Positions 28,151 to 42,069 of a stretch of DNA of 64,000 nucleotides are shown here, one piece after another. The position numbers and the translations under genes are program-made. This DNA comes from Rhina ancylostomus (lineage: Eukaryota). The notes below the pieces were generated by a model. It ran no database searches. It had not been told where the DNA came from and was given only the letters and a program-made list of their open reading frames with translations. Numbering within the stretch: position 1 is the first letter of the stretch; every line of letters starts with the position of its first letter. The stretch is from assembly GCA_030265395.1 (NCBI GenBank), contig JARFYF010000063.1:26433962-26497961 (forward strand), in the 5' to 3' direction.

Positions 28151-30044
28151 TTGACATGCACCATAGGGACTGATAGGTCATCCCTTCTGATTATTATTTC
28201 TATTGGCTTCAACAGAAAAGGGGAAAAAAACATAAAAGATGCTGCTTATTACCCAAAAAATATCTTACTTCACATCTGTACTTCTAAATGGAGTCTCATG
28301 GAAATAAAAGTTGTGGTTCAGCTGAAGAGTCAGTAAAGTTTATGCTCTTGGAGTTTGAATTTTGCCTCCTGTTGGATGAAACCAGAATAGATTGATAGCT
28401 GTTAACGAGGACATGTATAATCCAGAGGCTCCATTCACAGCTGGAGCGAATTGTTTGATGGCTTTGCCAAAGAGTAGGAGAGCTTCAGAATATCCTGTCA
28501 TGGGCAAGTACAGTGATGTCAATTCCTGTAGTATTCCCCAAAGATGTGTTAAGTTCGACAGTATAACATTTAAATGGATAATAAGCCTGCACTTATGCAT
28601 GTTATATTGTCTGCACATGGTCTTTGCAATTTTCAAAACCTGAGAGATCTTACTAAGAGAATTATATCTCATCATCAGGCAACAGTTTACCCAAAAGACC
28701 ACAGGTGCGTGTATAGTCTACCCCTGTTTTAATTGGGAACATACAGGACCCTAATGAGGGCCAATAATTTACAGCAAGATCTCAAATGTCAGAGGAATTG
28801 GAACATAGTAATTCAGCACAGCTGGAATAAAACTGGAGTTTCAGTCTTAGAACTCAAAGGACCCATTTACAGCAGCGATATGTTTTTAATAAACTCTACA
28901 TAAACAAGTTATAGGTTTTTACGAATTGTAGTAAAGGCTTTTCACCTTCACAAAACATTTATCCTGTACCAGTTATGTAGTTTTTAAACAGCCTTCTTAT
29001 TCTACTTGACTGTCTCATTAACGTTTCTTAATTTTTGTGGATTCAACTTCAGTCTAAGATGTATATTCTCCATAGCAACCCTGAGGGCCTCCAAGGTCTC
29101 CATTATTTCTGGGTTTTCCAATAAAAACTGAAAGGATCAGCAGCTGCTTTCAGCAAAGCTCTTGTTGCTTCTTTAGAAGAAAGTTCAGAAGTAAACTTAC
29201 TGTATGTGTGTCTGTTACACTTCAACACAAATTGCACTTTGAATAATGTAATTTCAGATATAGTAGATCATATTTTGATTTATCATTGAGAGATTTGATG
29301 TATTTAGTTGTCAGGTTATTTTACACTAGTATCCAAGAGAACACAAAAAGATTCCACTGCACTTTTTCTGTAACTGTAACACTTTATTCTGCATTTTGTT
29401 ATTGCTTTTCCCTTGTACTACCTCAATGCACTGTTGTAATAAAATGATCTGTATGGAGGCATGCACCTTGGTACCAATGACCAATTCTATTGGCAGTTGC
29501 AAGGAACACCCACTGAGACAAACATTAACTGCTGCTGGAGGTTATCAATGGTGAAAGGTGCACTCCAGCCTGACTGAAACTCACTGGTCAAGGAGTGCGA
29601 GGAGCTGTCCACAATTGAATGTGACAGGCCGATACATTCCATAGTGCAGGACACATTGAAGATTGGTGCAAAGGATCTTCAGGGAAAGGACAATGTTTAA
29701 GGTCCTCCTGCCACCAACAGGTTACAAACTGCATACAACGTCTAGGGTTGTATGTGATAAATTAATGTCATGTAGGTGCAGTGGAAATCTTGCAAGTAAA
29801 TAGAATGATATATCTGGTACAGTCAGTGATTACCTTTGATGCATCATTTTATATATTGGCAAATTTTATGGATAAAGTATATTGTTGAGCAATAAATGGT
29901 TGTTTTTCCCCAGCAAAGTCTACAACCTGTAGGCAAATAAATTTAAAAGAGCCCGGTAAAGTAGCTCCCAAAAAAGTAATAGATTCATCCAAAAGAAACA
30001 GCTCCTTCGGCCCATCAAATCCATGCTGTCAGGGGTTGATTATG

Positions 30045-30268
30045 ATCTACCTTGTTGTGACCTTGCACCTTATTGCACTGCACTCTCTCTATAGCTGTAA
30101 CACTTTACTCTGTACTGTTATTATTTTTACCTGTACTACATCAATGCACTCTGTACTAACCCAATGTGAATGCACTGTGTAATGAATTGACCTGTACGAT
30201 CAGTGTGCAAGACAAGTTTTTCACTGTACCTTGGTACAAATGACAATAATAAACCAATACCAATACCA
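30045..30268 (+). mobile_element. Rex1-type LINE 3' tail
   Basis: Same tail as 46350-46566 (gaccttgcaccttattg...aataaaccaataccaatacc). Shorter copies at about 29360-29480 and 37069-37145. Confidence 0.75.
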
Positions 30269-30489
30269 GTCATCAGTTTTAATCAGGAGTTATGTGACTA
30301 GCAGCCATTAATACAAATGAGAACCAGTCTTCACAAAAACCTGTTCACGTGTAAATTACAAGTAGTAATCAAACCAACACCATTGTCTACAGACAGAGCC
30401 ATTTCTCAGTGCAGTTGTTAAAGAAGGCTTTTTCTCGGTGTTTGGATTCCCAACAAATGTGTTTGAAAATGCAGAGGTGTCTTGTCAGT

Positions 30490-30665
30490 TAAGGTTCTTC
30501 CCCTCCGCCATCAGATTTCTGAACAGTCCATGACCCCATGAACACTACCTCTTTTGCACTATTTATTTACTTTTGCAACTTATAGTAATCTTTATGTCTT
30601 ACAGTGTACTGCTGCCGCAGAACAACACATTTCATATGTGTCAGTGATAATAAACCTGATTCTGA
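30490..30665 (+). mobile_element. Rex1-type LINE 3' end, second subfamily
   Basis: ttcttcccctccgccatcagatttctgaac...gtcagtgataataaacctgattctga matches the reverse complement of 35030-35215. Confidence 0.7.
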
Positions 30666-33255
30666 CGTGCTTCCATTGTAAATAGAACCACTTGCCTACA
30701 CCCAAAATATTGACATAGATTATGTAATTGTAACAAATCAAACTGTATTTACTCACCTGCTGTTATCTTTATGCTTGAAGAATATAAAACCTTGATGTGC
30801 TTTGATATCCTTCCAAGAGATTCTGCCAGAATGCTTGATTGTCATGCTGAATTAAGGACAGGGGCTGGGTCCTGTGTAACAGTCCCTCAAACACTTGAAG
30901 TATATATTGTCCAAAGAGGCCACGTGAGTGGCATTAGTGATTTGTCTGTATTAACCTGATGACACTACAAGTATACATACCAGACTGTATACACTGGATG
31001 ACACTATGGATGTATGGAAAGCCATGCACTGTTTTATTTTGTATTTCTTCATTATATTTTTATGGATAAAGTTTTATTTTTAAAAAAAGACCTTTTACAT
31101 CTACATTCTGCGTGGTTCATTCAGAGGCCCAATACTGACCCATTAATACTCATCCAACATTAACCCATTTCTTTTACTCTCCCTGTGTTCTCATCAACTC
31201 TCCCAGGTTCTACTCAGTTTTTTTTTATTCCAAGATAAACTTTATTCATCATAAAAAACAAACTATATACAACAGTAAAACAGTTCAAACCTTTACATTC
31301 ATGTACGGATCAATCAATAGTGTTACCTTTTTATATATAAAAATAACAGCACCAATGTCACTCATGCGGCTCCCTGGGGTGATATCCCAATCCCATATTT
31401 ACAATATTTAAGGGGTTTCCTCACCTGACCCCACCCCTCCCTCTCCAGTGGCAGAAGAGCCTTAAACTCTAGTCCTTCCATTGAATCAATAAGCAGCAGC
31501 CTAATGTATGTTTTACGTGGAGAGCCAGTGAGATTGTGTCCACTGTAGACTTGTTGTGGCAGTTATTAATTTAACTGCTATTAAATTAACATTTTTGTAT
31601 ACAAGTTATACAGTTAGTTAACCACTTACATTTATTATACAGCTATAAATTTGGCCAAATGTATATTCACTCAATCTCTTGGTTTCTTCATTCACTGAAC
31701 TCTTCCCTGCAAGCTGCACTTGATAGCTCTGAAGTGTCTGCCCCAGGCACTGGTTATTCCAATGGATAACTTCCCTCTCTAAGCCTCGTACAGACCAGGT
31801 CTAACATCCTGTTCTGCAATTATCACCTCGACAGAAATGTCTTCGTTGGGCCGGAAGGGCCTGTTACCACGCTGTAAATAAAATTTAAATTTAACTTTAA
31901 ATTTAAATAATTCTGACGACATTGAAGAACATATTCTGAAACACCATTTTGTTAGTGCTTCCTATATGCTCTAAAATTGTTCATATAAGACGACATAGAA
32001 CCACAATAACTACAATAGTTAGAAGTTTACATTGTATTTGGTACATTACATGATGCCATGAACTAGGTTACAACGCTTATTACTTTTATGGCATCTTACA
32101 GCTCTCCATCTTTGTGCCATGGTTTTCACATTCCATTACATCCTGGCTTCCACACTGACTCTCAGTAGATTGCCAGACGTTTCCCCTTTTCTGTGAATCC
32201 CTTTTGAGTCAAGAAGCCCTCTCTTCTGGCTGCATAAATTTCTTTGCTGGCCTTTTCCCCAATCTTAAGATTATCTTTGCAGGTCCTTCTGTAATCAGTA
32301 ACTTCTACCCTAATACTTCACAGTCATCATGAGATAATTTTACTTCTCCATAGGCCGCCCCTTAGGATCAAGAACTTAATTCCTCTCTGTTTTTTTTTAG
32401 TTCTGTGGTCACATTGGCCTCCTGAGATGACTCAAGGCCTCAAGGTTCTCAGTACTATCCTGGGCCCATGTGTATTCTCACATTGAATAGTCAAGGGCTC
32501 AAGGTTCCCAGGAATCAGAGATAATGTTGCATTTCATCAAAGAGGTTTTATATACTGTTGGCCTGGAATCTTTTCCCATAACATAGCTTGGAATAAGCTT
32601 CAGGAGTCTGGTGCCAGGCAAGGAAATAACATGGTCTGACAAATGAGCTGACAGAGTGTAAACAGGAGTTGGGGATGTTGGTCTGGGAGAGGACACTGAC
32701 ATTGGTTCACTTATACTTGCAGTGTATTTGGAGGATTTTGTGGAGACAGAGTTGGTGGCAATTTTCCAGTGCCTTGAGGTGGTTGATGTATGTAATCTGA
32801 GTCTCAGAAGTGTATAGGACAGGGATCACTACTGCTTAGTAAACCATGATTTTTGTGACAGGTCTGAGGACTTGATCTTCAAATACCCTTTTCCTCAAAT
32901 GAACATAGTCTATGCTTGTGCATTGAAGATGGTGATGGTAAATGTCATAATTGATGCTTGCCTTCACTGAGAGATGACTCCTGCGATTTGGGAAGTTGTC
33001 CACATTTTCCATGTTCTTGCTTTAAACCTTTACTTTTGGAGGGCAGTGAGGTGCAGCAGGTGGAAGTCAATAGAGGACCTTTGTCTTGCGTGTGTTGAGT
33101 ATAAGACCTATTCTCTCATAAGCTTCAGAGAAAGCATCAACATGGCTTGGAGTTTGGCAAGCTTTCTCTACATACTGCAGTTCAACTACTTAAGTCTGGG
33201 TAACACTGTACTCACTGTAGGTTGAACTACTTCCCACCAGTTGTAAAGATTAGCT

Positions 33256-33628
33256 TGTGGCGACTTACCTTTCACGAACCGGCGCCCATGATCACGAGCG
33301 TCATCGGAGGCCCCGACACAAAATGGCGCGGGGCACTCCTTCTTTGGGGCTAGTGGAGCCCGCGCACGGGAAGGTCACGTGACCTGCACGTGACATCAGC
33401 GCGGGAATGGTGTTTATTAAAGGGGCAGCGCACCCCAGTTGTTCATTTGACTCTTGGACAGTGCACCCCAGTTGTTCATTTGACTCTTGGATTCCAAACA
33501 AGTGTCCCGTGTCTTTATTCAGTGTAGCTAGCCGCTACATTGGTAACCCCAACGGGCCCAAACATTTTTGGACCCACGATGTCTGAACAACAAGAGGTAC
33601 TGGCAGTAGCCCTTAAACTGCCCACCTT
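33256..33628 (+). mobile_element. Gypsy LTR retrotransposon 5' end (LTR 33256-33539, PBS, gag start), cut by a gap
   Basis: TGTGGCG...CGCTACA termini; PBS TGGTAACCCCAACG resembles the tRNA-Trp PBS TGGTGACCCCGACG; ATG at 33579 gives MSEQQEVLAVALKLPT, a Gypsy gag-like start; CpG-rich. Confidence 0.85.
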
Positions 33629-34824
33629 NNNNNNNNNNNNNNNNNNNNNNNNNNNNNNNNNNNNNNNNNNNNNNNNNNNNNNNNNNNNNNNNNNNNNNNN
33701 NNNNNNNNNNNNNNNNNNNNNNNNNNNNCTTACAGACAACACCCAAGGTCAGGATCAAACCTGGGTCACTGGAATTCTGAGACGGCAGCATTGCCTGCAA
33801 TAAGTTGGCAATTATGCTGTCTCTGGACTCCAATGATGTTGGCTAAAACCATTGTTGAAGGATTTGAATTAATACCAAAATACCCCAATGTTGATGTTAG
33901 AGGTCATTCAGGTAACATGAAACCTGTCTGCTTTGGTTTGTGGGGGGGGGGGGGAGGTGGTAACTTCATTGGATCTAAATACTGTTTGAAATTCCTTCAT
34001 GCATTAGTTTAACACTAGAAAGAGTTCATGTAAGCTAAAACACTAGACAAAGGAATTAAAATGTAATGTGTTATCCTATATACTACTAATGCTGTTGGAG
34101 ATGGATAATGCTGGTTCATTCACCTGGCATCTTGATTCCATCATGTGGATGAGATATACAGTCTGAGTGCACTACATTGGTTAAGTACCTCAGACTAAAC
34201 AGCCTGCTATTTCAGAATGCATTTTATGATCTGGTGCACAGCCACAAGATAAACTCATGTGTGGGTTATCAAAGGGTCGAGAACTATCAAGGCATTCCAG
34301 ACCCAAGACGACCATTTTTCACACAGGCAGAATTCCCATTTAAAATGTATGGAACAGGATCAAGATGAACATTGTTACCAGTCCAAAATTTGTTTAAAAT
34401 TTGGATGATACCATATTAAAAATCATGTATTAATAACTATCATTTTTTGTATTGCTTTGTTCACTAACAATCTTGACTTTTACCTTCTCTTTATTATTAT
34501 GGAGGATGGAACCAGCATGTACTCATTCAGAATAATTCTTGGCCACAAAGAATCACTCATGTGGTCTTCAGCACAAGCAAATCCCTCAAATTCTGTTGGA
34601 AGAGGCCACAGGAATAGATCAAATTCTGTATCACAGGGCAAGAGGTAAAATGTAAAGGAGGCCAAGACATACCCAAGCAAATTTGTCGTGCATTAGCAAA
34701 ATTCTGAGTAATACACCTGCATTAATCCACCTTTGCAAGTGAGGNNNNNNATTGAAACCATTATGAGACAAAACCATTAAAAAAACATAATTATATGGTA
34801 GCAAGAACATCCCTTTAATTGCTT

Positions 34825-34910
34825 TCAGGATCCCAGATGCTCCATCCTTGGCTCTCTCTCATTTTCATTAAAATGAGAGAGAGCCAAGGATGGAGCATCT
34901 GGGATACTGA
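34825..34910. repeat. Perfect 36-bp inverted repeat with 4-nt spacer
   Basis: atcccagatgctccatccttggctctctctcatttt (34830-34865), catt, then its exact reverse complement (34870-34905). Confidence 0.95.
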
Positions 34911-35029
34911 TTAAAATGTTGACTGTCATTTGACACATAATGTCAGTTTACACATGTACATTGTCCATACCCAAGTTCTACCACACAACCAACTTCCTTG
35001 GCCCTACCACTATCTCTAAATTATCAAAA

Positions 35030-36205
35030 TTAGAATCAGATTTATATCACTGACTTATATGTTGTGAAATTTGTTGTTTTGCAGCAGCAGTACAGCGCAA
35101 AGGCATAAAAATTACTCTAAATTACAAAATAAATAAATAATGCCAAAGAAATAGGGACAACGAGATAGTGTTCATGGACCATTCAGAAATCTGATACTGG
35201 AGGGGAAGAAGCTGTTCCTAAAAGATTGGGCATGGGCCTTCAGGCTCCTGTACCACCTCCCCGATGGTAGTAATGAGAAGAGGGTATGTCCTGGATGGCG
35301 AGGGTCCTTAGTGGTGGATACCCCACCTTCTTTGAGGTACCGCCTCTGGAAGATGTTCTCAATGGTGGGGTATATTGTGCCCGTGATGGAGCTGGCTGTG
35401 TCCATAACCCCCTGCAGTCTCTTGCAATCCTGTACAGTGGAGGCTCCATACCAGGTTGTGATGCAACCAGCCAGAATGCTCTCCATCGTACATCTATAGA
35501 AATTTGCAAGAGTCTTTGGTGACATACCAAATCTCCTCAATATCCTAATGAAGTAGAGCCGCTGACATGCCTTCTTTGTGATTGCATCAATGTGTTGGGC
35601 CCGGGCTAGATCCTCCGAGACGTTGACACCCAGGAACTTGAAGCTGCTCACCCTTTCTATCACTGACCCCTCAATGAGGACTGGTGTGTGTTTTCCCGAC
35701 TTCCCCTTCCTGAAGTCCACAATCATTTCCTTGATCTTGCTGACATTGAGTGCGAGATTGTTGTGACACCACTCAAACAGCCAAACTATCTCTCTCCCGT
35801 ATGCCTCATTGTCGCCATCTGAGATTTTACCAACAACAGCAGTATCAACTGTGAATTTATAGATGGTGTTTGAGCTGTGCTTAGACACACAGTCATGAGC
35901 GTAGGGATAGCAGATCAGTGGGCTAAGTACACGTCTGTAATGCCTATGTTGATTGTCAGTGAGGAGGAGATGTTATTACTGGTCTGCAACTGACTGTGGT
36001 CTCCCGATAAGGAAGTCAAGGATCCAGTTGCAGAGAGAGATACAGAGGCCCAAGTTTTGAAGCTTGGTGATTAATGCTGAGGGGATGATGCTGTTGAACG
36101 CCAAGCTGTAATCGATAAACAGCAGCCTGACATATGTTTTGTTGTTGTCTAGATGCTCCAAAGCTGAGTGGAGAGCCACTGAGATTGCATCTGCTGTAAA
36201 CCTGC
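35030..36205 (-). mobile_element. Rex1/Babar-type LINE, 3' part of RT ORF plus tail (degraded)
   Basis: ORFs 35976-36254 ([35 protein letters not shown]) and 35172-35888 (KFTVDT, FKFLGV, KKACQRLYF, FYRCTMESIL, NSFFPSSIR) are typical Rex1 RT and C-terminal blocks. Confidence 0.9.
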
Positions 36206-38224
36206 CGTGCCAAATGCTTGTTTGAGATCCAGTATTGGATGTGTTGAGATTCACTCCAACTTAACATTGGGAAGACTAAGGCCAACATCTTTGGTTCCCT
36301 GCCAAAAGCTCTATTGCTTACTCATAAATGTTCACAACCTTGGGAAATATGCCAAGTCAAATGGCGTATTTGACCCTGAAAGAAGCCCATGACCATATAT
36401 CTATAAAATCATTAAGACTTCCTATTTCCATCTCTCTGATACGGCCCAACTCCATCCTGCTCCAGCTTGTCTGTTGCTGAAACCGTGTTATCTCAAGTCT
36501 CGAATTTAACAATACATTCCTGGCTACCCTCCCACAGTCTGTTCTCCAGGAAATTTAGGTCACTGAAACTCTGCGTTGTTTCTGTCTTAACCAANNNNNN
36601 NNNNNNNNNNNNNNNNNNNNNNNNNNNNNNNNNNNNNNNNNNNNNNNNNNNNNNNNNNNNNNNNNNNNNNNNNNNNNNNNNNNNNNNNNNNNNNNNNNNN
36701 NNNNNNNNNNNNNNNNNNNNNNNNNNNNNNNNNNNNNNNNNNNNNNNNNNNNNNNNNNNNNNNNNNNNNNNNNNNNNNNNNNNNNNNNNNNNNNNNNNNN
36801 NNNNNNNNNNNNNNNNNNNNNNNNNNNNNNNNNNNNNNNNNNNNNNNNNNNNNNNNNNNNNNNNNNNNNNNNNNNNNNNNNNNNNNNNNNNNNNNNNNNN
36901 NNNNNNNNNNNNNNNNNNNNNNNNNNNNNNNNNNNNNNNNNNNNNNNNNNNNNNNNNNNNNNNNNNNNNNNNNNNNNNNNNNNNNNNNNNNNNNNNNNNN
37001 NNNNNNNNNNNNNNNNNNNNNNNNNNNNNNNNNNNNNNNNNNNNNNNNNNNNNNNNNNNNNNNNNNNNTTGACCTGTACGATCAGTTTGTAAGACAAGCT
37101 TTTCACTGTACCTCAGTACAAGTGACAATAATAAACCAATACCAACATCTCCATAAGAAACAGATTAAGGGATAAATACTAGTACACTGTCAATAACCTC
37201 CTTGCTCTTCTTCAGAACAATATTATGGGGCGTCTTATATCCACAAAAGCAGATATTTCTCGCTGCTCAAATCTCTGGAGTTGAGCCCACAACTTCAGAA
37301 TCACAGGTGACATTCTAACCAAATGAGCCACACCTGAACAAAGGTGCCTCATAAATTCAGCTATAGATGTTGTTGAGTCACAATATTAAGAAGCAAATAT
37401 CCAATAAGAAGGTTCAGTTATGTAGAATGTTGGGTTCACTCACAGAATTCTAATTTATGTAATTTTGTCAGGATTGTGCTCGTTAAATGAAGATGCCAAT
37501 TGGTCAGATTGAAACAATTATCTGCTTTGAATAAATGCCGAGGACTCCTGGGTCTGGCACAGTACAAAACGGATATAAATGGACCAGTTTTATAAGAGCA
37601 CTTGTACTGTGAAATATACTGTTCACTGTTTCCCATACCAGACATCCTTGTGGCTTCTCTGAATGAGATTGACAGTATACTGACAACATGTGCCAATTCT
37701 GTATATGGTCAGTCTCGTGCTGCTAATCCCTGCCCATTAAAAATCAAGCTGAGAGCTCACGAATCAATTTCTGATGAACTTCTCTCAGAAACATAAAATA
37801 CAGAGGGGAAGTAAATCAGAGAGAGGAAGCAGTCCCAGAGGATTTAGAAATACAATCAATGGCTAAAGCTAGAAAAAAAACAAATGAGGATAGTGAAGTG
37901 GTGTAACGAGAACTTTCTGTTAAGGCGCTCTCTGTTTTCAATATGTTTCTTTCCCTGTGCATTGTTATATCTGGCAGATGCATCTCATTAGCCATCAATC
38001 ATTTCTGAATTAGAGATACAACTCTGGAAACAAGCAAATTATTGTAGAAACTTTGAACTTTCCTTTTGAGGCTTTGAGGTGGATGGATGCTTAGTGCATT
38101 TGCATTAATTGATGGAACCATCTAAGCTGTTAAACAGGCCTGATGAGGGTCATCAAAACTCTGTTTTTATCTCACCATGAATGTTACCTGGCTTGGTGAG
38201 TATTTTCATCATTTTATATTCACA

Positions 38225-39362
38225 GTCATAAGCTCTGAAACAGGCCCTTCGGCCCAACTGGTCCACGCCGACCAAGATTCCCATCTAAGCTAGTTTCGTT
38301 TGCCTGCTTTTAGCCCATATCCCTCTAAACCTTTCCTATCCACGTAACTGTCCGAATGCCTTTTAAATGTTAATATACCTGCCTGAACAACTTCCTCTGG
38401 CAGCTTATTCCATATGCTGACCATTCTCTGGGTGAAAAAGTTGCCCCCAAGTTCCTATTAAATCTCTCCCATCTCAACTAAAACCTGTGCCCTCTAGTTC
38501 TTGATTCCCCAACCCTGGGAAAAAGACTGTGTGCATTCACCTTAGCTATGCCCATCATAATTTGATATACCTCTATAAGATCACCCCTCATTCCTCTACG
38601 CTCCAATGAAAAAAGTCCCAACCTGCTCAACCTCTCTCCATAACTCAGTCCCTCAAATCCTGGCATCACCTTCGTAAATCTCTGCACTCTTTCCAGCTGA
38701 CTGGCATCTTTCCTATAGCAGGGTGACCAAAACTGAACACAATATTCCAAGTGTGCCCTCTCCAACATCTTCTACTACTGCAACATAAGACCCCAACTTC
38801 TATACTCATTGCCTTGATTGATGAAGGCAAGCATGCCAAAAGCTTTCTTCACCACCCAGTCTACCTGCAACGCCACATTTAGGGAACCATATATTTGTAC
38901 TCCTAGGACCCTCTGTTCTACAACATTCCCCAGGGCCCTACCATTCACTGTGAAGGTCCTACCCTCATTCGTCTTCCCAAACTGCAACACCTCACACTTA
39001 CCTGAATTAAACTCCTTGTTCAACTCCTCTGTAAATCCTGGTAACCACCTTCACCGTCAATGACACTACCTACTTTAGTGTCATCTGCAAACTTATCAAC
39101 CATGCCTTGTACATTCTCATCCAATCACTGATCTGGATGACAAATAGCAATGGGCCTAGCACCAACCCCTGGGGAACACCGCTAGTCACAGGCGTCCAGT
39201 CTGAAAAATAACCTTCCACCATCACCCTCTGCTTCCTACCATCAAGCCAATTCCATATCCAGTTAGCTAGCTCTCCCTGGATCCCATGCAATCTAACTTT
39301 CCATAGCAGCCTGCCATTGGAACCTTATCAAAGGCTTACTGAAGTCCCTATGGACCACGTCT
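38225..39362 (-). mobile_element. CR1 (HER1-like) LINE, 1.1 kb of ORF2 3' half
   Basis: ORFs with VTSGVPQGLVLGPLLF, FNSGKCEVLQFG, LEYCVQFWSP and ESRTRGHRF; tail gggccgaagggcctgtttc. Confidence 0.93.
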
Positions 39363-40534
39363 CAGAGATTTCATCGCATTAGTCCAGACTAACTCTGCAT
39401 TTACATCCAAAGTTGAAAGGCTAATGCACAACCCGCAATGTCACCTAATCTACCATTTGACAGTAATTGTGGTAAATGGATCACAGAAGACTTAATCTCT
39501 AGCTTTTATCTTAAAATATTCCTTGACAGCTACACCATTTGCCCACTATCCATACTGCAGACTGCCCATGACCCATAAGGCAAGTGAAAGAATACAAGCA
39601 ACAAAATAATTCTTGTGCTGCATGCTATAAAAGAATATTTCATCCTTGCAGAAATAGATGGGTGGAGACAAGAAATTACCTCTGAACTATTTCAGTCCCT
39701 AATGCCTTGCTCTCAGACACGCATTCTAAACAGAAATTGAAACTACCCTGGAGGCTGAGGCACAATGGTACCACCACAACTGGAACACTGTCGACTGGAA
39801 GAATCACTAAGCCTTTTACAGAATCTGCACGATCCAAAACAGACACTTTACCAAAGCTTAAAAGTAACTAAGTTTTCTCACGTCAAGCCCTTTTGGTTAT
39901 CCCAGGCCTTCCGAAGTTGTTGCATTTTTATTAAAATGTTCTTTATTTATTTTCTTCATCATAACATTTTTGTCCTCTTTAGTATGATTGGTTAACCTAG
40001 TATTTGTGAATCCTGAGGGCCTCAACAGAGAATAAACTGAAAATGAGCACTGTCTTGTAGTGTCACCATAAGCAACCCTACATAATCCTAACAAGAACAG
40101 CCAATTCACATAGCGGTGGTGTTGCTATAGATACCAAAAATGCAGCAGACTCACCAGAAATAGCTACTTTTGAAATATTGCCACTGAAGTAGAGATATTT
40201 CTGGCACTGACTTCAAGGTGAGTAACTTTGGAGCTAGTCACTTTTATTTAATTAGATTTTAGATGAGGTTTTTGCCTAGCAAGCATGTTCAAACAAAAAA
40301 AGTCTTTTCTTAAAGATGGAAGTAGAATTATTTAATGAAAAAATAGAATGGAATCATTAAAGTGTCATATTAATCCCAGCAGTATTTCCAAGTTCTCACA
40401 ACTAAAATAAGGGAGTACTTCATTGAGCTAGAAGAGGTATGGCCAAGGAGAAGGCAATCTTTCACAGAAGATTTTGCTTTATGAACACACTTACTAAGAA
40501 TCCTTTAGTGTAAAACAGATTCAGTCCTTGCGCT

Positions 40535-40875
40535 ATTCATAGCACAGAAACAGGCCCTTCGGCCCACCACATCCATACCAACTATCAAGTACCTATCTAT
40601 ACTAATCCCATTTACCAACACTTGGTCCATAGCCTACCATGCCTTGGTGATTCAAGTGCTCGTCCAGATGCTGCTTAAACATTGTGAGAGTACCTGTCCC
40701 CAGCACCCCCTCAAACAGAGCTTCCTAGATTGTAACCACCCCTCTGGGCGAAAAAATTCTTCCTCAGATCTATTTTAACCCTCTTATGCCTCACCTTAAA
40801 CCTATGACCTCTGGTCGTAGGCACCTATACCTTGGGAAAAAGTTTCTTACTATCTACCCTATCTATGACTCTCAG
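40535..40875 (-). mobile_element. CR1 3' end
   Basis: agcacagaaacaggcccttcggccca tail plus accttaaacctatgacctctgg (reverse of RGHRFKV). Confidence 0.85.
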
Positions 40876-41911
40876 AAAGAGATTGAAGAACAATGCTATT
40901 GAAGGTCATTCTCTGACTAGATTTATTCTTTGCTGGCTTTTTATGGTAGGATGTCCGAGTGTTACTTTTCAATGAGCCACACAGTTCCTATTTTATCTCC
41001 TTAATCACCTACTTAAGCAAACTGCTGATGCATCCTAGAGGGAGCTCTCTGGTTCAGGGTTTCCTCACAGTTTTTCTTTTCATTTTGTGCAGTTCCATCC
41101 TGTGCATTTCTGTTATTTCCTCTGCCTCCTGCCTCAGTTCTGCATGACAACTTAACTAAAACAATGATAATGAACCCGATGAAAGGGGTCGATGTCAAAA
41201 GGTTGGGACCATAAATAATTTCCTGTTCAAAAATTCAGGAAGGCTGGTTGAAGAATGCTCTCCCAGCAAAGAGTGAAAATGGACATTTCTAATTGTCCCA
41301 ATCAAAGCTTCATTACAATACTTGTGGATTTTCAAATCCTAGAAGCACACCTAATACCCAATTTGGCTTCATGACACAAGCATAACTTCAGCCAAGGTTT
41401 ACTTCTGGGGTACCTGGGGCAATTTCTGGTCAGCTGGTTTTACTTTCATTGCCCTGATATTTACAAGCCTCCTTTATTTTGGAGACAGGCGCACTTTCAG
41501 GCTTCCGTCACACTAATGAGCCTAAAAGTCATACTTGATATAAAAAAAGTTTCAAGTATTCTACTGGTGTCATCACAAGCACTCTTTTGAGATGGGTCTC
41601 CCAATCTTTATTTTAAAAACAGCAGAAACACTAGATTATCTGGCTTTCTGTTTCCATTTGCCACAAGTACACCATTATTACCCTATAAAGAATGTAGAAT
41701 ATCAGATCCTCTGTATTTATTGAGGTTACTAGAAATTTTTGATTAAATTTACACATTTGCTTTTTGCTGACTTGCTTACTTTGTTTACCTCTGATTGTAA
41801 TGCTTATTGGTTTTGAAATGTTCTAATTAAAGAAATAATCTTTGCTAAGGAATTCTGCAAATAGCAGACAAAAAGGCACAATTGATTTGATCAAATTGAT
41901 TGGAAACTTAC

Positions 41912-42069
41912 AGAGAGGATGGTGATTAGAATACCAGCAGCACAAAGCACAGCATCACTGATTGTTTCTCCATTCTTATAAGGATACTTGATGCTTTCGT
42001 CATTGCAGTAAAATCCACGCTTATAAGGTTTGATGGTGCTAGTTTCGATAACCAGGAAAGGGAGGCCAG
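41912..42069 (-). CDS. PLPP3: PLPP3 canonical exon 2 (2B), 158 nt
   Basis: Acceptor ...cctttccattag, donor gtaagt. Translation (A)[52 protein letters not shown] closely matches the recalled mammalian PLPP3 segment. Phase 1 start, phase 0 end, in frame with exon 3. Confidence 0.97.

Noticed and set aside
35172-35888. 238-aa ORF as a possible host gene
   Set aside because: It is a Rex1-type LINE ORF remnant with a mutated catalytic motif (FTVD for FADD) and upstream frameshifts.
36467-37128. Long ORFs of 183-211 aa in the track
   Set aside because: They consist almost entirely of N-run translation.
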